From Candidatus Latescibacterota bacterium (lineage in GTDB: Bacteria > Latescibacterota > UBA2968), in NCBI GenBank assembly GCA_022821275.1, contig JAJEDY010000067.1, forward strand, positions 47,958 through 111,957: DNA of 64,000 bases. The letters run 5' to 3'. The notes under the pieces were generated by a model. That model was not told the origin of the DNA. It searched no databases and worked only from the letters and a program-made list of their open reading frames with translations. This document shows, piece after piece, positions 1 to 11,127 of the stretch. Positions within the stretch are counted from its first letter, which is position 1, and every line of letters starts with the position of its first letter. Both the position numbers and the translations under genes were made by a program.

Positions 1-3000
1 TGAGCGCACCTGACGGCAGTTGAAATCGGCGCAACCGCCGAATCGCAGCATTGATGTGCTCGTCCATCTCCCGTGCAATCTCATTCGATTTATCCGATAC
101 GATGAGAATATCCTTGAGATAAAGCTGTGGAAACGTCGCCGACACCACTTGCTCCACACAACCGTAGGGATATTGCACCAGCCACAACAGGCGATTGCCC
201 AGCTTCATATTTGGGCGCGTATGCAGGGTGAGACGCGCGCGATTGGAACCGGGAATGCCCCGATCGGGAACGGGAAGTACAACCGCATCTCCCGGCCGTA
301 TCTCCCGCGTCTCATCGGCACTGATGCGCGGCGACGACGGCGAAATGGTCAGATCCGTCGTATGCGTGGCCATCACATCGCCCGCAGTTGCAGTAATCGC
401 AACGCGCGCATCTCCAATAGCATTGGGCACCACACACATAAATAACACATCTTCTTCACCGGCTTCTTGAAACGCAATGGTATCTCGCACCTGCCCATCA
501 ACGCGAAGCAACCCCTCTGTACTGATTGCCACAGCAACTGGACCCAAACTATCCCTCATTGCAAATACAGTAGCGGGCACAGCAATGCGGTCGCCGGGTC
601 GCAACGCACGCGGCAAAGTGGGCAAAACCATCAAATCCGTTTTCACGGGCACTGTTTTTTCCGCACTGCCATAAGCATTGCCCCGCGCTGCCACAGCCAT
701 GATGCGCACCGAACCGACGTAATTGGGCATAACAAAAGAAACCACAGCGCGCCCCTGATCGTCGGTTGCAGCCGGACCTTCAAAAAGCGATACAGACTTA
801 AAACGCTGTTTCTGCTCCTCGGGTAGCCTATCGCGCCGATAAGCAGCCAGAGCAGCATCGCCGCCTATCGCAAAAGTCTTAAACACATCGCCGATATTGA
901 CACCTATAACCTGCCCAAACAGATCGGAGATATGCAACCCCAAACGCAACTTGCCAAAAAACGCGCGCCAGGGATCGGGCGTGGAAAATTGCGTGATATC
1001 CAGCAAACCCTCATCCACAACAGACAGCGTCAACTGCGCGGGTTTTCCATCACCCGTTTGCACGACAACCTCAAAAGAATCATCGGGTTTGAGTTCATCG
1101 GGTGCAGTCAATGTGAGATCGAGCCGCGTATCTGGATCAACCACGCGCAAAGGCACAACCCCATACATCCGCAACGGGCGATCATTGGCCGTCTGTCTAT
1201 GCGGCTGAATAACGGATATCGTCACGTACGCATTCGGCGCCATGTCTGCTGTAATGGGAATCTCGATTTGCGCAGTATTCCTCGTACTCGGCGTGTGCCA
1301 CCGCGAATGCACCACATTTCCACCGCGCGACACCGTCACCAGCACAGACGGCGTATCGGGCACGGGAAAAGACACCACAGCCGTTTCATCCGACGCGTAA
1401 TTTTCCCGGTCTGTCTTAAGCACCAGTGCGCCAGCATCTCGACCACTTGCGGGCAAACTGCCCCAGGGATACGCGCGAATAAAAAGTGACGCCTTATGCC
1501 CACCTGCATCCTCCACCTCGATCAAATACTCTCCTTTTTTCTCGGGTGTAAACGCAATCGGCACCGAACGATCACGAGAAATAATCGATGTTTCGAAAAT
1601 CTTCTTCGTACTAAAATCCCGCTTAAAACGCAGGCGAAACTGATCCTTCGAATCGTATTCCCACCACCAGTAATTCTCATTGTGAAAAACGCGATACATC
1701 AACGTGCGTCCAGGCGCGGCCTCCCCATCGGGCGTCACCGCCACAACGGGCACTTCAAGAGAGGCATTAATACGCGTAAAACCATAATCCAGGTCTGGCT
1801 TTCGCAACCCCACGTAAACCTCAAACGGATCGATGTGTACCATGCGCGCTGTGCTATTGGGTCGCCCCCCTTTTTCGAGCACGCGAGCGCGCAATATCGC
1901 AGACAGGCGCGAAGGCGCTTCGCTCAAAGACGGAAACTGCCACGACACAGCGGACTTGCCCTCCTTATCCAGAGTGCCCGTAAAAATATTGGTAGTAATC
2001 GGCTTGAATTGAACCGCCTGATTGACAAACGAAAAACCCTCATACTTGGGAAATACAGGCGGAGAACTGTGCAGCGTAACATCGACACTGGCTTTTAATC
2101 CCGCCGCTGGATTGCCAAATAAATACGCACTCCTCAGATCTGCTTTCAACACGCGATCCCGCTCTGCAAGTTGCGGATCGAGAAAGACCTTGAGACGAAA
2201 AGGCACAATGGTTTCCACCTTGACCCTGTGATTAAATTTGCGGCTACCCACATCAATTTCAGCGCGCCAGTTGCCCGTTGGCGCATCGACCGAAGTCGAT
2301 AAATCAAAGATGTAAAATCCATCTTTCCCCTCGCGATTGGTCTGTGTGAGCACGCGCTGTCCCAATGGATTGTAAAACGCGAGCGAGACCGGATGCCCAT
2401 CGGGAAACGTGTGGTTGTGATTTCGCACAATCGCCGACAAATGAATATCATCGCCGGGCCGATAAACCCCGCGCTCCGTATAAAAAAACGCCCGAATACC
2501 ATTGGGTGCAGGGTCTCGTCCCCCCGTATCAAAAGTCGATAGATTCCACGCCATATCCCCTAATTTGATAAAACTGCGCTGCCCATCTTTCTCGGCTTCG
2601 ATATAAAAAACATCTGATTTTACAGAACTAAAATCCGCCAAACCATTCCGATCCGTAACTTTCTGTTCCACAATCTGATTCTGGTATGTGCGCAGGGTTA
2701 TAGTGACACCGGGCAATGGCCGCGCATCTTCCAAATGAGTAGCATAAACGAGATGCCGATCATGCGTCTTTTGATGCGTAAGACCGATATCGCTGACCAC
2801 CACGGGTTTATAGATGCGCCCGTTCTGATAGACATAACCGCGCGAATAGGGATTATTATAATAATCAGTCCCGCGGTACCGTCTGCGTTGTTGCCGCGCC
2901 TCTGCCGCTTCCACAGGGTCTCCGTAGAGCATATCCTCTGCCCCAAAAGTGAGACCGATCAGATAAAGCCCCTTCTCGTCTTTGGAAATCAGATCCTCTA

Positions 3001-4273
3001 AATCGAGTTCGTGCTGCAACCACACATTTTTTTCCCTACCGATATCCAGTGTTGTATCTGCCACCGTCACGCCCACGCGACGCATCCGATAGGAGGAAAT
3101 TCTTCGCGTGCGACTGCGCGATCCATCCAACCTTTCATCTTGTAAAAACTGCCCCAGATTCGACTCAAAAACCTTCTCTATTTTGAGGTGAACACGCGAC
3201 ACATTGACCGTTTGAAACCGGATTTTTCGATTACCAGAAGTGGGCAAAAATACCCCGTCACGCGCAAAACGCATGCGGGGCTTGATATCGTCAAAAGCCA
3301 CCGTCTCTGTATGCGGTTGAGCCAGTGCCATGCCCCAGCGGCTGCGAATCCCCGGATGTACGGTCAACACATAACTCTGTCCGTGCTGAAAATCGCCCAC
3401 AACACTCACTGTTTTGCCAAGCGCGGTGAGTTGAAGCTGTTGCGGTGGATCGGCAGTGATCAACCCCGCAATATCCTGACCAAAATCGAGATCATCTGAA
3501 AAAATAATGCTTACGCTCGGGCGGTCCCGGTCCGCGTATTTTTCAATCTCAACAACGAAAAATGCCGACAAAGGGGGAAGAGACCATGTATTGTCGTAGT
3601 CTTGCGAGAGTTCCAGATCAGCTCGATCAATATGCATCGCAAGTTCCTGAGACTCTCTTGTGCGCGTGATCACGGCACTCGTAAAATCGTGCGTCTTGCC
3701 ATCTGGCAACACGCGCCAATAGAGTGCAAGCCGCTGATCTCCCAGGCGCAACGCCACCGCATCGCTCACAACCGAAGAATCCGCGCGTTCGTTAAAGCTA
3801 ATCTGACCGCTAAAAACGAGACGCTGCGGATCATCCGCATCTGGCAACTCAAAATCTGCCTCGAGTGCGACGAGTTCTCGTCCCGCGACCTCAAACTGGA
3901 TAACGAGTGGCTTCAGATCTTTGTGCTGAGGAAACAAATCGACCATGCTGAGTTCACCGCTATAGACCGCGCGCAACGTCAACGGTGCGTTTGGCTTAAA
4001 AACAAGCGTACGCTCATCTTCCCATGTCGCCAAACCGTCAATAGATGGAACAAAGCGAAACACGCGCGTTCGCAACACCTGACCAACCTGACTTTTGCCA
4101 ATAACAGGCGACACAAAGCGCACGCGAATTGGATCAGTAGAGGCGAGCACCCCCTCACTCACATGACTCACCATACGCGCCGTCTCCAAAGGATAGGATT
4201 GCGGCGCGTCTTCGGGCGACCTTTTGCTACACGCAAACAGCGTCAGCAACGCGAGGAGAGAAATACGGTATGA
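1..4273 (-). CDS. Alpha-2-macroglobulin family lipoprotein, 5' ~1424 codons only; gene runs off the window start
   Basis: Hand translation of the minus strand from the ATG at 4271-4273 gives MSYRISLLALLTLFAC..., a lipobox signal peptide. The frame stays open to position 2, which is why it is absent from the ORF track. The revcomp of 149-172 encodes YPYGCVEQ, the canonical A2M thioester motif, followed by a ...INAAIRRLRRFQLPSGAL segment similar to the YfhM post-thioester region. Confidence 0.85.
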
Positions 4274-4285
4274 CATAGCGGCCTC

Positions 4286-4963
4286 CTATACCCTCCCATC
4301 AGCCGCATCGGCAATCCATGTCAAATAGGACCTGTGCCCGTGCGACACGGAAAATGAGATAGACAAATTCCTCAACCGTTTTTTCAGTGACCTCAAGCGC
4401 CCTTTTACAGTCATCACAAAAAGCACGGTACCTTCATCTTGATCCGGCGACAAAAAATACTGCGAAAAAACATCCACCCGCGCGGCCAACCGCTCGGCAA
4501 CAAGCGCGTGCCCAACGCGATTTGCCTCCGCTTCAGATGGCATGGAAAGAGCCAGAATATAAGGCGCAGTTTGCACCCCACCTTGAACCGTGACATTGAG
4601 ATCATCTTTACCCAGACTCCGTGCCGCCTGGATCTTTCGCACAACCGTATGCACCACAAAAAACACCAGACAAATCATCATCCCGATAACAACGTGCTTC
4701 ATCAACCCGCTGAAAAACGCGCCCTGCTCTCGATCCTCCGCCTGAAAAAATGCATGCTGAAAACGCCCATCCGACTCCACAGCCAACTTTCTCGCAATAA
4801 CGCGCACCTGTGCATTCGCTACGGGCGGCAACGGCTTCACGCGCTCAGAACCATACAGCGAGCGAATCATCTCCCGCGCAATACGCGAGGCATTCTCTTC
4901 CTCAGCCCCTGCGGATGTAGCAAAACAAAACGATAAAAGTATAAATATCCAGATTTTTAACAT
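4286..4963 (-). CDS. Hypothetical secreted protein (signal peptide), co-directional and immediately upstream of the A2M gene
   Basis: 225-aa ORF with N-terminal MLKIWIFILLSFCFATSAGA. It lies 13 nt upstream of the A2M start on the same strand. No recognisable family. Confidence 0.5.
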   Translation of the reverse strand: MLKIWIFILLSFCFATSAGAEEENASRIAREMIRSLYGSERVKPLPPVANAQVRVIARKLAVESDGRFQHAFFQAEDREQGAFFSGLMKHVVIGMMICLVFFVVHTVVRKIQAARSLGKDDLNVTVQGGVQTAPYILALSMPSEAEANRVGHALVAERLAARVDVFSQYFLSPDQDEGTVLFVMTVKGRLRSLKKRLRNLSISFSVSHGHRSYLTWIADAADGRV

Positions 4964-4967
4964 CCTC

Positions 4968-5615
4968 TCACACCTCGCGTATCACAACGAGTTCTGGCGT
5001 CTTGCCCCCGCCCAATTCCTCGGCGCGGCCAATCAAATGGCTGAGTTGCGCTCGCGTCGTCTTCAAAAAAACCATCGCCTCCGCAGCTTCTCGCACCCCA
5101 TCCTCCCTGCGATAGATTGAACGGATACTCGGCGCAACAGTTCCGCCCATCGCCAAATTTTCTTTAACAAGTGTCTCACCGAGTTTCTGTGCCCGCGCTT
5201 CTGTACGCATCGCAATCAACACCCCCAGAGGATCTTCACCCGACTCGGCACGCAACCCCCTTCTAAAGACACGGAAAATCGCCCACAAAACCAGCAGAGC
5301 AATCACAACAGCGATCCCTTTCGCAACCTGGCTCGCAATATTCCGAATCGCCGCATCTCTTTCCATGCGCACTTCTTCCAGCCGCTGTTTTTGTTCATCG
5401 AGAAAAACCACATCCTCCGCCAATTGCGCGGTCATGCGCTCGACCCATGCAACCTGCTCTGCCGTCAGAGAATCCCCCTCTGCTAAAACCGCCCGCGCCA
5501 CATGTCGCGCAATGCTCTCGAGCCGTTCCACATTCACCTGTCCCTCAGTGGGCATACACATCGCAAAAAACAAAGCGATAAATGCGCCCGCGCCAAAAAT
5601 ATGTCGATATCTCAT
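4968..5615 (-). CDS. Hypothetical membrane-anchored protein (start uncertain; ORF is open to 5774)
   Basis: The ORF is open over 4968..5774. The internal start MRYRHIFGAGAFIALFFAMC at 5615 has a GGAAAGG ribosome-binding site and avoids overlap with the divergent gene at 5721. It has a signal peptide or TM helix plus a central hydrophobic helix. Confidence 0.45.
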   Translation of the reverse strand: MRYRHIFGAGAFIALFFAMCMPTEGQVNVERLESIARHVARAVLAEGDSLTAEQVAWVERMTAQLAEDVVFLDEQKQRLEEVRMERDAAIRNIASQVAKGIAVVIALLVLWAIFRVFRRGLRAESGEDPLGVLIAMRTEARAQKLGETLVKENLAMGGTVAPSIRSIYRREDGVREAAEAMVFLKTTRAQLSHLIGRAEELGGGKTPELVVIREV

Positions 5616-5720
5616 AAAACGACCTTTCCCTGTCAAATTTCCTTTGTTTTTCTCCCGTACTTTCAGCAATATAGGACACAGAAATGCTACGAGCAAGAGG
5701 CTGAGAACAAGGAGACACAA

Positions 5721-6815
5721 ATGACACCCGAACAACTCGGTTTTAATTCGCAAAAACTCGACCGCGCCAGGCAAGTCTTACAACGCCACGTGCATACGCG
5801 CACCACCCCCGGTGCTGTCGGTCTCGTCCTGCGCCGTGCGGGCATCGTCACCTGCTGGGCCGTGGGCCACCACACCTATCACCCCAACGCCACACCCGTA
5901 CAAATCAATACCCTCTACGACCTCGCCTCCGTCACCAAAGTCATCGCCACCACAACACTCTGCATGTTATTTGTCGATAAGAATCGTCTCAACCTCGACG
6001 CACCCGTACAATTTTACGTGCCCTCCTTCACCGGAAAAAACAAAAACCGCGTCACAGTTCGGCATCTGCTCGCCCATTGCAGCGGCCTGCCCGCACATGT
6101 TCACCTGTACGAAAACCAACGCACAGCGCGCGATATTGACATCCGCGAGGCCATGCTCAACGCAGCGTGCCAACACCCCTTAATTTATGAACCCGGCACA
6201 GACACCGTGTACAGCGACCTGGGCTTTCTCACCCTGGGAAAAATCCTCGAAACCATCGGCGGCCAGCGTCTGGATCACCTCGTCAAACAGCACATATTCG
6301 AACCGCTCAAAATGAACGACACCAGGTACTGTCCACCGCCCCATCTCAAACACCGCATTGCCCCCACGGAAGACGGCTCCGACTTGCGCGATCACCTCGT
6401 ACACGGTGAAGTCCACGATGAAAACACCGCCGCAATGGGCGGTATCGCCTCCCACGCCGGTCTTTTTTCCACAGCACATGACCTGTCGAAATGCCTGCTC
6501 GCCTGGCTCGGTGCAGGCACCTTTCCCAAACGGAGCATCCCACAATTTACCACTCGCGCTAATATCGCGCCCAACAGCACCTGGGCACTCGGCTGGGACA
6601 CGGTCTCACCCGGCGCAAGTTCGAGCGGCCGCTACTTTAGCGAACAATCCTTCGGCATCCTCGGTTTCACCGGCACATCCGTATGGGGAGACCCCATACG
6701 AGACCTCGGCGTCATTCTCCTCACCAACCGCGTACACCCCACCCGCGAGAACAATCAAATTGCCCATCTCCGCCCCGAATTTCACGACGCAATCTCCGAA
6801 GCCTTAATCGCATAA
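5721..6815 (+). CDS. Serine hydrolase, beta-lactamase (class C-like)/PBP family
   Basis: SxxK motif (ASVTKV) near the N-terminus and overall beta-lactamase-related fold. AAGGAG ribosome-binding site 7 nt before the ATG at 5721. No signal peptide. Confidence 0.75.
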   Translation: MTPEQLGFNSQKLDRARQVLQRHVHTRTTPGAVGLVLRRAGIVTCWAVGHHTYHPNATPVQINTLYDLASVTKVIATTTLCMLFVDKNRLNLDAPVQFYVPSFTGKNKNRVTVRHLLAHCSGLPAHVHLYENQRTARDIDIREAMLNAACQHPLIYEPGTDTVYSDLGFLTLGKILETIGGQRLDHLVKQHIFEPLKMNDTRYCPPPHLKHRIAPTEDGSDLRDHLVHGEVHDENTAAMGGIASHAGLFSTAHDLSKCLLAWLGAGTFPKRSIPQFTTRANIAPNSTWALGWDTVSPGASSSGRYFSEQSFGILGFTGTSVWGDPIRDLGVILLTNRVHPTRENNQIAHLRPEFHDAISEALIA

Positions 6816-6868
6816 AAGAGGAGCAAGCCCTATGACATTGCTCCTCTTTTTAGTTTTAAAATCCAACA

Positions 6869-8788
6869 TCACCGCGTCACCCGAATCGTCCACCCGCCCT
6901 GCAGCTCGGGATTCTTAATCGTCAGAGTAATCCTTCGCAATAGATCTCCCCAAACCGTCTTCAATCGCGCGTCTTCAATCGCGATATCCTCAACCGCCAC
7001 ATCGAACACATCCGCCTCGTAGTACAAACGCCCCGCGCCAGACATGCGTCCATCCGCCAACGCCACCTCACTCAAGGCAATTGTACCATCGCCACAATCT
7101 TCAACGCCACACGCCGTCAACACATTCATCACAACATCGCCCATCACAGCTTTCAACGCATATTGATCTGCAATCGTCACACCCTCGCCGCGATGCAAAA
7201 CAACCGTCCGCATCCACGAATCAATCTGAGCCTCTGGCGGATAGGCCTGCGCCAGATCTAGAGTAAACGTTGCATCCGCCTCGCTCGCCGCATAAGACAC
7301 ATCTCGAGCCGCAATATCGTAGTGATAATCAATCCCCGCCTCGGAATAAACCCGCCCGGGAATCTGCATCTGTCCATTCACCGTCGGCAACGTATGATAC
7401 TGAGACTGCATCGTCCAGATATCATACCGCGTACTGCTAAACGTCTTCGCCGTATAAGTCTCGACCCCCGCATCCACGAGCACGGGCTTGCCATCCAGAT
7501 AGACCACCACGTGCCCGATATCATTGTGATTGTGACTCTCGGCATTGTGCCCGCCCTTTGCCCCCACAAAAAATCCATCTGCCGACCCGCCTTGATCGCG
7601 TGCGACAAACACCTCAATCTCATCCAAAAACACATCGCGCGGCAACGGCGGCGCAGCATCTGCGTCGAGAATCTCATTCAACGAAAACAGCGCGGGCAAC
7701 GCCCGCCCCATGCTCCCAAAAGACTCCGAAATACCCTTCTCGGCAGCACCCTGTTGTTTTGCAGCCCACGCCCCGAGAGCCACCATCGCATCATCCCCAA
7801 TGCGCTTGCCATAGCCATAGGCAACCGCAAAAGCCGGCATCACCACGGGTGACGCATCGGCAAAATTGATAAAATATCGATCCGCAATCTGCACCCGATA
7901 GATAAACTTGCCAATATTCTGAACGAGCGGTTCGTCGTACACATCAATCGCCCCACCCGTTGCACTGTAAAGCCATTCCAAACAATCGTAAAGCGATGCC
8001 CCCGCACGCCCCCAATAGCCCGGCCCCTCGTCACACCCACCGTCTTTCGGATATGGATCGATAAAATGATCCACCGTCTGCATTGCCTTAAACACCGACG
8101 CAACCCGACGCGCCTCATCGGTCTCCATCAACAAAGTAGAAGTCAACCAATTCGACACAATCCACGGATTCCAATTGTTCACGCGCGCACCCGAATACCC
8201 CATCCAGCCAAAGTCTTCGCGCTCCAACAAAGGCGTCAAAATGCGATATTGCATCTCACGCGCAATGCGCGGCACAATCAAAGGCGAAACCGCGTCGAGT
8301 TGCGCGCCGAGCAAATACACCGTCCACGCCAACAATTCCGACGTCTCTGCGGCAAACAGATCGACAATCGGCTCAGCCGTATCCGGCAGGCCACTACCCG
8401 CCTTTTGAACGCCAATATGCGCGGGCACACCCCAGAAAGACTCCTCGCAAATACACCAGATACCATTGGTAATATCATCCAAAAATCTCCCTTTCCCCTC
8501 CACGCATTCTGCCAGAACCAGATCGGACAGCGCCGTGCGCCGCCCAAAACTCAAACTCTCGTACCGCGAGCGATTCCCATTGCGCGCATAATCCAAAAAC
8601 CGCACCGCAGGCACGCCTGGCCATTCAAAATTCAGGCGATCTTCCCCACGCGCAATTTGCGCCTGCCGCACCGCGTCTGGCAACGCATCCCACGCATAGC
8701 GCATTAACGCCGTGGGAAAAGGCCGCCAATCATCCCGCGGAATCAAAATATCTTTTAACACGTCTTCCGAATACTTTTGCGAAAGCAT
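6869..8788 (-). CDS. Heparinase II/III-like protein (polysaccharide lyase family), no signal peptide
   Basis: 639 aa. Alginate-lyase-like N-terminal region and the characteristic GHNAESHNHNDIGHVVVY segment of the heparinase II/III C-terminal domain. Confidence 0.8.
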   Translation of the reverse strand: MLSQKYSEDVLKDILIPRDDWRPFPTALMRYAWDALPDAVRQAQIARGEDRLNFEWPGVPAVRFLDYARNGNRSRYESLSFGRRTALSDLVLAECVEGKGRFLDDITNGIWCICEESFWGVPAHIGVQKAGSGLPDTAEPIVDLFAAETSELLAWTVYLLGAQLDAVSPLIVPRIAREMQYRILTPLLEREDFGWMGYSGARVNNWNPWIVSNWLTSTLLMETDEARRVASVFKAMQTVDHFIDPYPKDGGCDEGPGYWGRAGASLYDCLEWLYSATGGAIDVYDEPLVQNIGKFIYRVQIADRYFINFADASPVVMPAFAVAYGYGKRIGDDAMVALGAWAAKQQGAAEKGISESFGSMGRALPALFSLNEILDADAAPPLPRDVFLDEIEVFVARDQGGSADGFFVGAKGGHNAESHNHNDIGHVVVYLDGKPVLVDAGVETYTAKTFSSTRYDIWTMQSQYHTLPTVNGQMQIPGRVYSEAGIDYHYDIAARDVSYAASEADATFTLDLAQAYPPEAQIDSWMRTVVLHRGEGVTIADQYALKAVMGDVVMNVLTACGVEDCGDGTIALSEVALADGRMSGAGRLYYEADVFDVAVEDIAIEDARLKTVWGDLLRRITLTIKNPELQGGWTIRVTR

Positions 8789-8847
8789 TTATTCCTCCGT
8801 TAATTAAAGCTATCATTCCGACTCTCAACAACAGGAGCAAGAACACC

Positions 8848-9837
8848 ATGCCACTCAAAATTGCACAAATCGGCAGCGACGGACATCAGAACATGGTACT
8901 CGACGGCATCGCGCACATCCCCGACGCACAACTCATCGCCTGCGCCAAAGGGCATCCCGACGACACCCTCGCCAAAATCAAAGCACACGCAGCATTCACC
9001 GCACACACCCGCCTGTATGACGACTATCGCCACATGCTCGACACCGAAGAAATCGATCTCGTCAGCATCTGTCGTCCGTATTCTCTCAATGCCGAAGCCT
9101 CAATAGCAGCAGCAAACCGCGGAATCGACATCGTCAGCGAAAAACCCGTTGCAACCACTCTGAAAGATCTCGACGCCCTTGAAACAGCGGTCAAAAACAG
9201 CGGTATTCGCCTCACCGCCATGTTTGGCCTGAGATTATCCCCCGCATTCCGCGCTGCACACCAGGCAGTCCAGGACGGCCTCATCGGCGAACCCATTCTG
9301 GCAACCGCACAAAAATCCTATCGCTTTGGCACGCGCCCGGACTTTTTCAAACAGCGAGAAACTTACGGCGGCACAATCCCCTGGGTCGCAATCCACGCTG
9401 TCGATTACACGCGCTGGACAACCGGGCGTGAATACACGCAAGTCGCCGCCCTTCACGGCAACCTCGCCCATCCCGACTATCCCGGCTGCGAAGACCACGG
9501 CGGCATGCTCTTTCGCCTGAGCAATGGCGGCACGGCAATGATCAACCTCGATTATTTGCGCCCGTCAACAGCACCCACCCACGGCGACGACCGCCTCCGA
9601 ATCGCCGGATCAGAAGGCGTCATCGAAGTCATCGACGACCACACACATCTGATTCGCTCGGGCGAAGCACCCCGCGACCTGCCCTTGCCACCCGAAGAAA
9701 ATTTTCTCGTCAACCTCCACGGCGAACGCACCGGCAAAGCACCCCACATCATCGGTCCCGACGAAGCCATCAAAGTCACGCGCCTGTGCCTGCGTGCACG
9801 CGAAGCCGCGGACACGGGCAATGTGCTCACACTCTGA
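8848..9837 (+). CDS. Gfo/Idh/MocA family oxidoreductase
   Basis: N-terminal Rossmann region MPLKIAQIGSDGHQ... and the EKP motif (IVSEKPVATT). Confidence 0.85.
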   Translation: MPLKIAQIGSDGHQNMVLDGIAHIPDAQLIACAKGHPDDTLAKIKAHAAFTAHTRLYDDYRHMLDTEEIDLVSICRPYSLNAEASIAAANRGIDIVSEKPVATTLKDLDALETAVKNSGIRLTAMFGLRLSPAFRAAHQAVQDGLIGEPILATAQKSYRFGTRPDFFKQRETYGGTIPWVAIHAVDYTRWTTGREYTQVAALHGNLAHPDYPGCEDHGGMLFRLSNGGTAMINLDYLRPSTAPTHGDDRLRIAGSEGVIEVIDDHTHLIRSGEAPRDLPLPPEENFLVNLHGERTGKAPHIIGPDEAIKVTRLCLRAREAADTGNVLTL

Positions 9838-9872
9838 GGGGTTGGGGACCAGGGGATGGTGAGGATGGGTGG

Positions 9873-9907
9873 ACTTCACACTTCTCACTTCACACTTCTT
9901 ACTTCTT
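9873..9907. repeat. Tandem heptamer array (ACTTCAC ACTTCTC ACTTCAC ACTTCTT ACTTCTT), preceded by a G-rich tract 9838-9872; copy A of a dispersed family
   Basis: Five perfect-phase 7-mers read directly from the sequence. They sit between the convergent Gfo and M24 peptidase genes and overlap the last codons of the peptidase. Confidence 0.8.
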
Positions 9908-11032
9908 CAACACCAGCGGATAATCCGTCAAATTTTGCACCCCGTCTTCCGTCACCAAAAACGTATTCTCCAATCGGATACCCCCGTTCAAAGCCTCGCT
10001 ATACGCACCCGGCTCACAGGAAAAAACCGTGCCCACCTCAAAAATACCTTCCCGGTCCCGGTTCAAATCGGGCGGTTCGTGTGCGCGAATCCCCACGCCG
10101 TGTCCCGCGTGATGAATCAGCCCGATATCGGACAAATGCGGATGCTCTCGGATTCTCTCATCAATCGCGTGCCACAGTGCAGTTCCCCGTCCACCAGGCC
10201 CTACCAGATTGGGAACATCCTCTAAAATAGCTTTCAAAAGATCGTACACCGACGCCTGCAAATCCGTGGGATCGCCCACGGCAAAAGTGCGGCACAGATC
10301 GGACCAGTACCCGTGATATTCCGTCTGCGCGTCGATAACATACAACTCCCCATCTTCAATAATCCGGTCTCTGGCAGGCCCGCCCAATTGCCCGCACTGG
10401 TAATCGCCCCCGTGGTGCAGCACTTCACCCGCTGCATTTAGCGCGACCTGTTGCCCCGCCGCGAGCACATCCAGTTCATTTACACCCGGCGCAATCACCT
10501 CTTGTACGCGGTCATAAGCCCGCAGATTAATATCAATCGCCTTTTGCAACATCGCAACTTCATCGGCGTCCTTACTCATCTGCTGTGCAATCAGCAAATC
10601 GTCTATCCCCACCCACGCGCAGCCCAGAGCATCTGCCATTGTATCGGCGAGCAACTTGGGCGTGGCTTCCTGCTGCCAGCCCAAACGAGAAATACCCCGG
10701 CAATCGCGGAGCTTCTGCGCCACAGCCGCATTTAGCAAACGCATCGGATCGGGATTCATCGTATAGAGCACATGCGAATCGTACACCACGCGCTCATCCA
10801 CAGCCACATCCCCTTCGTCGGTCGTTGACGCCAGCCACGACCCCCCATCGGTCTCCAGATACAGAAGCGCGGGAAAAGAAAATGATGGATATGCCCCCAG
10901 GAGCACGCCGGTCAAATAATAGATATCCCGATAATCTGTAATAATAACCGCGTCAATCCCCTCCTCAGAGAGACGCGCTCGAAATCGCTGCTGCCTGCTG
11001 CGGCAGCCTTCCAAAGTGAGCATAACACACAT
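9899..11032 (-). CDS. M24 family metallopeptidase (Xaa-Pro aminopeptidase/creatinase-like)
   Basis: Pita-bread-fold motifs (HGVGIRAHEPP, GIRLENTFLVTEDG) and a creatinase-like N-terminal domain. Possible alternative start at 11023 (MLTLEG). Confidence 0.8.
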   Translation of the reverse strand: MCVMLTLEGCRSRQQRFRARLSEEGIDAVIITDYRDIYYLTGVLLGAYPSFSFPALLYLETDGGSWLASTTDEGDVAVDERVVYDSHVLYTMNPDPMRLLNAAVAQKLRDCRGISRLGWQQEATPKLLADTMADALGCAWVGIDDLLIAQQMSKDADEVAMLQKAIDINLRAYDRVQEVIAPGVNELDVLAAGQQVALNAAGEVLHHGGDYQCGQLGGPARDRIIEDGELYVIDAQTEYHGYWSDLCRTFAVGDPTDLQASVYDLLKAILEDVPNLVGPGGRGTALWHAIDERIREHPHLSDIGLIHHAGHGVGIRAHEPPDLNRDREGIFEVGTVFSCEPGAYSEALNGGIRLENTFLVTEDGVQNLTDYPLVLKK

Positions 11033-11127
11033 CCTTTCCGTGAAATCCTGTTGGTAAATCCCTATTTTTTTCGCATAATACAGGACGCATTTTCACAACC
11101 AACCCAATTTAACAACAGGAGTGCATC

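Noticed and set aside
20-4273. Plus-strand ORFs 20..445, 467..826, 932..1489, 1496..2098 and 3602..4273, 119-223 aa each
   Set aside because: They are Arg/His-rich antisense frames lying entirely inside the minus-strand alpha-2-macroglobulin gene. That gene is missing from the track only because it runs off the window edge.
5365-5774. Small overlapping ORFs 5365..5724 (+) and 5545..5727 (-), and the 5616..5774 extension of the minus-strand gene
   Set aside because: They lie in the divergent promoter region between the membrane protein and the beta-lactamase-like gene. The shorter start at 5615, which has a ribosome-binding site, explains the data better.
7322-8707. Plus-strand ORFs 7322..7852 and 8066..8707
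   Set aside because: They are antisense to the heparinase II/III-like gene and are arginine-rich reverse-frame artefacts.
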